Below are positions 26,335 to 32,000 of a DNA stretch of 32,000 nucleotides, in pieces. The notes below the pieces were generated by a model. The model was given only the letters and a program-made list of their open reading frames with translations. It was not told the origin of the DNA and did not search any database. Numbering within the stretch: the stretch's first letter is position 1; the number at the start of each line of letters is the position of its first letter. Position numbers and translations under genes: made by a program. The stretch lies in NCBI RefSeq assembly GCF_023273875.1, contig NZ_CP096882.1, positions 1,209,495-1,241,494 of the forward strand, given 5' to 3'. Source of the DNA: Pseudarthrobacter sp. SSS035 (lineage in GTDB: Bacteria > Actinomycetota > Actinomycetes > Actinomycetales > Micrococcaceae).

Positions 26335-27387
26335 ATGACCGAAACCCCAGCCGCCAGGCACTACAGCGAACAGCAGGCTGGATCTCTGACCACCGGCGAT
26401 CAGCTCCTCCTCCCCGACGGTGAACGCACCGCCGAAATCCAGCACGTGGAGTTTGAACCGGATGATTTCGGGACCCCTGCGGTGGTCCTGGCAAACCTCA
26501 CCGGCGGCGGCACCCTCCGCATCGCAGCCGGCTCCACCGTAAAGATCCTGGACACAACAGTCCGGGTCATCACGGTTCCGGACACCACAGTTCAGGACAC
26601 CCCCGTTCAGGACACAACGCCCGACGCCGTCACGCAGCTTACGGTCGCGGCGCAACCCCCTGCCGAACAACCCCAGCACACCGGCGAAGCGGGGGCAGCC
26701 CCGGCGGCTCCCGCCGTCGTCGTACCTCCCCCGCCGGCCATCCCGCCCGCGGTGAGCGGCCCGTCCGCGGAAGAACTGGCGCTGATTCCGGCGCCGCAGG
26801 GCACACCCGAAGCGGTGGTGGAGGCTGCCGCGGAAGCCCACCCGGACGCCGTTGGGGTGCTGCTGCTGGCGGACAAGCTGGCCAAGGGCATCAACTTCAA
26901 GTCCGGCAGCTGCCTCAAGGACCTCAGCGACCTCGCCCACGAGCTGTTCATCACGCTCAAGGATCCGGACGGGGCGCTCACCGTGGCGGACCTGCTCAAC
27001 GTCCTCCCGTTCGACGGCAACCCGGGCCGCTGGGCGTCCGTGGAGGCGTCGCTGGCGTTGTCCAGCTTCATCTGCCGCCAGGACCGGCAGGAGGAGCGCG
27101 CCGACGTCTATGAAAAGCTGCTGCGTTTGCCGGAAAACCAGGAAACGGACCCGTTCAAGGCGCGGATGAACGCCAAGGTGCGCCAGCGTTCGCTGAACGA
27201 ACCCAACCTGTACGACAAAGAGATCTTCCGCTCGATCGACAACTCCAACCACGAGGCCGAGCGGGAGTGGCGGCTGCTGCGCCTCGAATCCCTGCTGTTC
27301 CTGCGCGCACACGGCGGGTCCGAGACGATCGGCGTCGGCGAACTCCAGCGCCGGATCAGCAACGAACTCGAGGCCGTCCGGGCCTAA
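26335..27387 (+). CDS. Hypothetical two-domain protein (N-terminal beta-rich domain, Pro/Thr/Ala-rich linker, C-terminal helical domain)
   Basis: ATG with AAGGAC upstream. 350 aa. The linker is ...VPDTTVQDTPVQDTTPDAV...AAPAAPAVVVPPPPAIPPAV.... The C-terminal 190 aa has normal, helix-prone composition. I do not recognise the family. Confidence 0.6.
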   Translation: MTETPAARHYSEQQAGSLTTGDQLLLPDGERTAEIQHVEFEPDDFGTPAVVLANLTGGGTLRIAAGSTVKILDTTVRVITVPDTTVQDTPVQDTTPDAVTQLTVAAQPPAEQPQHTGEAGAAPAAPAVVVPPPPAIPPAVSGPSAEELALIPAPQGTPEAVVEAAAEAHPDAVGVLLLADKLAKGINFKSGSCLKDLSDLAHELFITLKDPDGALTVADLLNVLPFDGNPGRWASVEASLALSSFICRQDRQEERADVYEKLLRLPENQETDPFKARMNAKVRQRSLNEPNLYDKEIFRSIDNSNHEAEREWRLLRLESLLFLRAHGGSETIGVGELQRRISNELEAVRA

Positions 27388-27436
27388 GCCGTCGGGGTGG
27401 GGGAATTGCCCCCTACCCGGGGCTGCGCCGGGGTTG

Positions 27437-27451
27437 TAGATTCGGGCTATG
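27437..27451 (+). promoter_or_regulatory. Candidate -10 box (TAGATT) placed for a leaderless start of the SRPBCC gene
   Basis: TAGATT (27437-27442) fits TANNNT. ATG 27449 follows after 6 nt with no Shine-Dalgarno sequence. A GC-rich hairpin (about 27394-27418) sits just upstream and could terminate the previous gene. Confidence 0.3.
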
Positions 27452-28174
27452 ACGAACAATCTGAGCGTGGTGATAAATGCTGATGCGCCGCAGGTCTGGA
27501 CCATGCTGCGTGAACCGGCCAAAGTTGCCCAGTGGCACGGCTGGGAGGCTGACGAACTGGCGGATGAGATTGACGGGATCTACTTCAGCAGCAACGTCGT
27601 TGAAGCCCCGGACCACACCAGCCTGACCACCAACGGCGGCGACGTTTTCGACTTGAAACCGGTGTCCGCCGGGACGCTGGTCAGTGTCACGCGGGCAGCC
27701 CTGGACCACAACTCCGAGTGGGCGGCCTGGGACGAGGACATCACCCAGGGCTGGCTGACGTTCCTGCAGCAACTCCGCTTCGCGCTGGAACACCACCCGC
27801 ACGGCAAGCGGCACACGTTGTTCTTCGAATTTCCCAACGAGCCGGCTTCCGCCATCGAAAAGCTGGGCTTGTCGGACGTGCCTGCGCCGGGTGAGACGTA
27901 CGGGCTGAAGCTGTCCACAGGGGAGGAGATCACCGGGAAGGTCTGGTTCCGCAGCAACCACCAGGTAGGGCTCACCGTCCACAGCTATGCAGAGCACGGC
28001 GACGGCCTGCTGATCGTGGCGGACCAGCCAGTCATTGAAGGTGTGAGGCCCCACGGCGGCGCCATGGCGATCGCCTCGACGTTCGATCTGGGTGCCCACA
28101 AAAAGGACTCCATCCATTCGCTCTGGGACAGTTGGCGGGCTGAGAACTACCCCACATCGGAAGCGGCCCACTGA
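27449..28174 (+). CDS. SRPBCC (START/AHSA1-like) domain protein
   Basis: The N-terminal sequence LSVVINADAPQVWTMLREPAKVAQWHGW is the typical opening of SRPBCC/AHSA1-type domains. 241 aa. The second half is unassigned. Confidence 0.6.
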   Translation: MTNNLSVVINADAPQVWTMLREPAKVAQWHGWEADELADEIDGIYFSSNVVEAPDHTSLTTNGGDVFDLKPVSAGTLVSVTRAALDHNSEWAAWDEDITQGWLTFLQQLRFALEHHPHGKRHTLFFEFPNEPASAIEKLGLSDVPAPGETYGLKLSTGEEITGKVWFRSNHQVGLTVHSYAEHGDGLLIVADQPVIEGVRPHGGAMAIASTFDLGAHKKDSIHSLWDSWRAENYPTSEAAH

Positions 28175-28207
28175 GGGATCGGCGGCGTTTGCTGGCACAC
28201 TGGAACC

Positions 28208-29554
28208 GTGCCAGCCAACCCCGCCCCCGCGCCATCCGTCTCCGTTTCGGCCGCCACAGCTGATCCCGTCGCACCGGCGGCCGGCTCCGCCGCTGCAGCC
28301 GACCAGTCGCAGTTCTCCTTCACCGTTGGCACCCGGTTTGCTGACAGCTGTGCGCCGTCGGCTGCGCAGGCAGCTGCCAACGGCGGCGAATTCCTGGGCC
28401 GCACGGGGACCATCACCACTCCGCATGGCGAGATCCGCACCCCGGCGTTCATCGCCGTCGGGACCAAGGCCACGGTGAAGTCCGTCCTGCCGGAATCCAT
28501 GGCGGACCTCGGTGCGCAGGCGCTCCTGGCCAACGCCTACCACCTATACCTCCAGCCCGGGGCGGACATCCTGGACGAGGCCGGCGGGCTGGGCGCGTTT
28601 ATGAACTGGTCCGGGCCGACGTTCACGGATTCCGGCGGGTTCCAGGTGATGAGCCTGGGGTCCGGGTTCAAGAAGGTCATCGACATGAAGTCGGTGGACA
28701 CCTCCGGACCGGACGACGCCGTGGCTCCGGGCAAGGAACGCCTGGCGCATATTGACGACGACGGTGTCTGGTTCAAATCGCATCTCAACGGCGACCGCCA
28801 CCGGTTCTCCCCCGAAATTTCGATGCAGGTCCAGCACCAGATCGGCGCGGACATCACGTTCGCGTTCGACGAGCTGACCACGCTGCAGAACTCCCGCGGC
28901 TACCAGGAGGAATCGCTCGAGCGCACGCGGCTGTGGGCCCTGCGCTGCCTGGAGGAGCATTTCCGGCTGACCACGTCCCGAGTGGGGAAGCCGTACCAGG
29001 CCCTCTTTGGCGTGATCCAGGGTGCCCAGTATGAGGACCTGCGCCGGAAAGCCTGCCGGGACCTTGGCGCCATGGACTTCGACGGCTACGGCATCGGCGG
29101 GGCGCTGGAGAAGGAAAACCTGGGCACGATTGTGCGCTGGTGCAACGAGGAGCTGCCGGAGGACAAGCCGCGGCACCTGCTGGGCATCTCCGAGCCGGAC
29201 GATATCTTCACCGCGATCGAGAACGGCGCGGATACCTTCGACTGTGTGTCCCCCACCCGCGTTGCCCGCAACTCCGCGTTCTACACGCCAGCCGGCCGCT
29301 TCAACCTCTCCGGCGCCAAGTACAAGCGCGACTTCGGCCCGCTCCAGGACGGCTGCGACTGCTACGCCTGCGCCAACTACTCGCGGGCCTACATCCACCA
29401 CCTGTTCAAGGCCAAGGAGATGGTCTCGGCCACCCTAATCTCCATCCACAACGAGCGCTTCGTAGTGAAGATGGTGGACGATGCCCGGCTGGCCATCGAG
29501 TCTGGCCGTTTCTTCGAGTTCAAGGCCGAGACCCTGGCGCAGTACTACCGCTAA
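28208..29554 (+). CDS. tgt: tRNA-guanine transglycosylase (queuine/preQ1 tRNA-ribosyltransferase)
   Basis: TPAFIAVGT, FTDSGGFQV (catalytic Asp), PRHLLGISEPDD, and the zinc site CDCYACANYSRAYIHH. GTG start. It has an N-terminal Ala/Pro-rich extension and an internal insertion relative to my memory of E. coli Tgt. Confidence 0.92.
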   Translation: MPANPAPAPSVSVSAATADPVAPAAGSAAAADQSQFSFTVGTRFADSCAPSAAQAAANGGEFLGRTGTITTPHGEIRTPAFIAVGTKATVKSVLPESMADLGAQALLANAYHLYLQPGADILDEAGGLGAFMNWSGPTFTDSGGFQVMSLGSGFKKVIDMKSVDTSGPDDAVAPGKERLAHIDDDGVWFKSHLNGDRHRFSPEISMQVQHQIGADITFAFDELTTLQNSRGYQEESLERTRLWALRCLEEHFRLTTSRVGKPYQALFGVIQGAQYEDLRRKACRDLGAMDFDGYGIGGALEKENLGTIVRWCNEELPEDKPRHLLGISEPDDIFTAIENGADTFDCVSPTRVARNSAFYTPAGRFNLSGAKYKRDFGPLQDGCDCYACANYSRAYIHHLFKAKEMVSATLISIHNERFVVKMVDDARLAIESGRFFEFKAETLAQYYR

Positions 29555-29615
29555 GCGCCGGCCCGGCTCGCTGCCCGCTCGCCTTCCCTGCGTCCCGCCG
29601 TCGTCCTCCGCGCCG

Positions 29616-29677
29616 TTTCGAGGGTTCCCTGCCCACTCGATGACTGCGAACATCGTCTGCGCAGGGAACCGTCGAAA
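29616..29677. terminator. Long inverted repeat (17-bp arms, 28-nt loop with a nested 5-bp hairpin), a candidate bidirectional terminator between tgt and yhhQ
   Basis: Left arm TTTCGAGGGTTCCCTGC (29616-29632). Right arm GCAGGGAACCGTCGAAA (29661-29677). 16 of 17 positions are complementary. The inner hairpin is CGATG (29637-29641) / CATCG (29651-29655). Confidence 0.45.
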
Positions 29678-29698
29678 TGGCGGCCCGGGGATGGCCGC

Positions 29699-30415
29699 TC
29701 AGACCCCGTAGCTCGGTTCGCGCTTCTTGATCCAGCCGATCACGAGGGACGTCACCGGCACAAACAGGAACTCCACCAGCGTCTTGTAAACAAAGCCCAC
29801 CACCACGTAGTTCAGGAACGTGCCGAAGTCCGTGATGCCGATGACGGAGGCGGCGATGCTGCAGAAAATCAGGGTGTCCACGAACTCGCCGGCGCCGGAG
29901 GAACCCATCAGCCGCGCCCAGAGGGACTTCTCCCCGGAGCGGGCCTTCATCTTCACCAGGATCCACGAGTTAATGGTCTGGCCGGCCAGGAATGCCAACA
30001 GCGAGGCGAGCACAATCTGCGGCACCGGACCAAGGGCCCCCTCAAGGGCGGCCTGCTTGGACGTGCCGAACTCGTCATCAAAGCCGGGCAGGGCGATGAT
30101 CACCCAGTAGCAAACAGAGGCGAAGACGGACAGTGCGAAGGTGGTGAAAATGGCCTTGCGCGCCACCTTGAAACCGTAGACCTCGCTGATGACGTCGCCC
30201 AGGATGTAGGCGAGCGGGAACAGGAAAAACCCGCCGTCCGTGATGATCGGACCGATCGCGACGCCCTTGGACGCCCCGATGTTGGACAGGATCAGCACCA
30301 CGGCCATAAACGCCAGCATGATGCCGAAGTACGGCGAACCGATTGATGCGAATTTCGGCGCCGTCCGGGCGGAGTCGGCGATGGGCTGGGCGTCAGGGCC
30401 TGAGGGGGAAGGCAT
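29699..30415 (-). CDS. yhhQ: Queuosine-precursor transporter (YhhQ / Vut / DUF165 family)
   Basis: Multi-pass membrane protein with the family core GGFFLFPLAYILGDVISEVYGFKVARK. The start is ATG 30415 or ATG 30427. The tracked start at 30514 adds a non-coding-looking extension. Confidence 0.85.
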   Translation of the reverse strand: MPSPSGPDAQPIADSARTAPKFASIGSPYFGIMLAFMAVVLILSNIGASKGVAIGPIITDGGFFLFPLAYILGDVISEVYGFKVARKAIFTTFALSVFASVCYWVIIALPGFDDEFGTSKQAALEGALGPVPQIVLASLLAFLAGQTINSWILVKMKARSGEKSLWARLMGSSGAGEFVDTLIFCSIAASVIGITDFGTFLNYVVVGFVYKTLVEFLFVPVTSLVIGWIKKREPSYGV

Positions 30416-30553
30416 GGGGGATTCCATTCGTAGTGGTTCGCTCGGCGTACGGTTCGCGCAACGAAAGTTGTGCGGGACGCCGGCTGTATTAGCACTGTCA
30501 CGACATTCTCCCACTGAACAATAGGGCCCGACGCCGGATGGCAGGATAGTGCC

Positions 30554-31450
30554 ATGACTTTAGCTTCAGCTGCCCTCCAGTCCCCCGTGTCCGCTCCCGC
30601 CGTCGTCCTGACCATCGCGGGATCCGAAGCCACGGGTGGCGCCGGGGCCCAGGCCGACCTGAAGACGTTCCAGGAGCTGGGCGTGTTTGGCATCGCCAAC
30701 CTGACCTGCATTGTGTCCTTCGACCCGAGCGACAACTGGAACCACCGCTTTGTGCCGATGGACCAGCAGGTCATTGCGGACCAGTTGGAAGCCACGACGG
30801 CGGCCTACGGTCCGGCGTCAGACGTCACCGCCGGCGGCGCGTCGGCCGATTCCCTGACGCCGGGCCGGCCGGTCCTGGACACCGTAAAGATCGGCATGCT
30901 GGGCAGCCCCGCCACCATCAGCACAGTTGCGGCAGCACTGGAAACGGGCCGGTTCCGCAATGTCGTGCTGGATCCGGTGCTGATCTGCAAAGGCCAAGAG
31001 CCGGGCCACGCACTGGACACGGACCAGGCCCTGAAGGCGCAGATCCTGCCGCTGGCCACATTTGTCACCCCCAACCACTTCGAAGCCGAATCACTGTCCG
31101 GCCTGGCGATCACCGACCTCGAATCCCTGAAAGCCGCAGCAGTCCGCATCCACGAGCTCAGCGGCGCCGCGGTTCTCGCCAAGGGCGGCGTGCGGCTGGC
31201 AGGCCCGGACGCCGTCGACGTTTACTACGACGGCGAGACCCTCGAAGTCCTCAGCGCTCCCAAGGTGGGCGAGGTGGCCGTGTCCGGTGCCGGCTGCTCC
31301 CTCGCCGCGGCGGTAACGGCCGAGCTGGCCAAGGGCGCCACGCCACTGGGGGCTGCCCGGGCCGCCAAGGACTTTGTCACCGCGGGCATCCGCAACCGCG
31401 TGGCCTCCGGCGCGCCGTTCGACGCCCTCTGGCAGGGTGGCCCGCGTTAG
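30554..31450 (+). CDS. ThiD-family kinase (hydroxymethylpyrimidine/phosphomethylpyrimidine kinase family), closest by eye to the PdxK pyridoxal-kinase subtype
   Basis: LTIAGSEATGGAGAQADLKTFQELGV, NWNH, VLDPVLICKG, and GAGCSLAAAVTAELAKGA closely parallel my memory of Bacillus subtilis PdxK. ATG with GGCAGGA upstream. Confidence 0.85.
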   Translation: MTLASAALQSPVSAPAVVLTIAGSEATGGAGAQADLKTFQELGVFGIANLTCIVSFDPSDNWNHRFVPMDQQVIADQLEATTAAYGPASDVTAGGASADSLTPGRPVLDTVKIGMLGSPATISTVAAALETGRFRNVVLDPVLICKGQEPGHALDTDQALKAQILPLATFVTPNHFEAESLSGLAITDLESLKAAAVRIHELSGAAVLAKGGVRLAGPDAVDVYYDGETLEVLSAPKVGEVAVSGAGCSLAAAVTAELAKGATPLGAARAAKDFVTAGIRNRVASGAPFDALWQGGPR

Positions 31451-32000
31451 CTTCTGACGCCTTCCCGCCGCGCCTTTTCCAGCCGGGCCTCTGCAAGCAA
31501 GTCGTCGGCTACCAGAGTCGCCGTCCGCACGATGAAGGCCCGACGGCGGTCCGCGCGGTCCGGAGCAGAGCCCGCCAAAAGTGCGTCGATCTGGGGCAGC
31601 ACCGTCCAGCCGTCGCACAGGGTCACGATGGTGAGGACCAGGTCGGCGGCATCGGTGCGGTGGATTCCGGGCAGAACCTTCTGGATCTGGTCCACTTTCG
31701 CGGCGCAGTGGTCCGCGCGTGCTGCCCGGTCCACGGTGTTTCTCCCGCGCTCCAGGCCTTCCCAGAACAGGAGCCGGGCCAAGGCGCCGTCGTTCGTGTG
31801 ACGGTCAAAAAGCCTTCCGGCGTAATCCCCGATGGACGCCGCGCCATAACCTTCGATGGGGACCTCGGACATCACCCGCACCAGTTCAGCGGCCAGGACG
31901 GCGTCGAACAGCTCATCCTTCTTGCCGAAGTACTGGTAGATGCGTTCCTTGTTCACACCCGCTGCGGCCGCAATGCGGTCCACCCGGGCCCCGGCAAGGC
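31447..32000 (-). CDS. TetR/AcrR-family transcriptional regulator (N-terminus runs off the window)
   Basis: HTH segment VDRIAAAAGVNKERIYQYFGKKDELF followed by a helical ligand-binding domain. The reading frame is open to position 32000. Its stop overlaps the ThiD-family gene stop by 4 nt (convergent). Confidence 0.85.
   Translation of the reverse strand, partial: LAGARVDRIAAAAGVNKERIYQYFGKKDELFDAVLAAELVRVMSEVPIEGYGAASIGDYAGRLFDRHTNDGALARLLFWEGLERGRNTVDRAARADHCAAKVDQIQKVLPGIHRTDAADLVLTIVTLCDGWTVLPQIDALLAGSAPDRADRRRAFIVRTATLVADDLLAEARLEKARREGVRS

Noticed and set aside
360-29401. Many long ORFs antisense to, or out of frame with, the called genes. Examples: 360-1190(-), 1602-2657(-), 3375-4484(-), 3922-4962(-), 5558-7078(-), 7163-8050(-), 8064-9053(+), 10176-11321(-), 13601-14872(+), 20160-21383(-), 21808-22557(-), 23712-24557(-), 24688-25449(-), 26323-27522(-), 27413-28543(-), 28544-29401(-).
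   Set aside because: Their translations are dominated by Arg/Gly/Ala/Pro/His runs with no recognisable motifs. Each lies opposite a gene with clear family signatures. Long stop-free shadow frames are expected in DNA this GC-rich.
30416-30470. Canonical preQ1-I riboswitch in the yhhQ leader.
   Set aside because: I could not find a 4-5 bp P1 stem followed by an A-rich tail ending ...AAAACUA next to the RBS. The only ACUA is preceded by a GC-rich sequence. I kept this as a low-interest 'unknown leader' finding instead.
30480-30553. TPP (THI-box) riboswitch upstream of the ThiD-family kinase.
   Set aside because: No CUGAGA or ACCUGAUCUGGAUAAUGCCAGCG-like core is visible on the + strand. The kinase also looks more like the PdxK subtype, which is not expected to be TPP-regulated.

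Overview
High-GC actinobacterial chromosomal segment. G+C is roughly two thirds by eye (not computed), and the protein style looks like Micrococcaceae/Arthrobacter, which is inference only. The window is gene-dense. I found no rRNA, tRNA, CRISPR array, integrase or transposase. (1) Positions 1-8059 are one tightly packed + strand operon for a group 1h/5 'actinobacterial, high-affinity' [NiFe]-hydrogenase. It runs hypB (5'-truncated), small subunit, large subunit, five uncharacterised ORFs, maturation endopeptidase, hypC. The five uncharacterised ORFs are a NifU/Rieske-like fusion, a Cys-rich protein, two conserved hypotheticals, and a 39-codon membrane peptide missing from the ORF track. The largest gap in the operon is 31 nt, and three junctions are ATGA/GTGA overlaps. 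This five-ORF block is the best candidate here for undescribed biology. (2) 8109-8882 (-) is a conserved hypothetical convergent on hypC. (3) 9035-12051 is a FecBCD/BtuCDF-type ABC importer. (4) Next come ppc (-), a Rossmann oxidoreductase (-), a DUF1684-like protein (+), an acyl-CoA dehydrogenase plus SDR pair (-), and a GH76-like protein (+). (5) 20220-24038 is an Fe(III) FbpABC-type importer preceded by a near-consensus IdeR/DtxR iron box overlapping its promoter. (6) 24119-28174 holds small accessory-looking genes: YdeI-like, VOC-like, a degenerate-Nudix protein, an orphan two-domain protein, and an SRPBCC protein. (7) tgt and yhhQ are convergent (queuosine-precursor salvage), followed by a ThiD/PdxK-family kinase and a partial TetR regulator. 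Non-coding items are two long inverted repeats between convergent genes, a triple direct repeat at 24031-24112, a 15-nt in-frame tandem repeat, and two probable leaderless starts. The many long ORFs antisense to these genes are high-GC shadow ORFs and were rejected.
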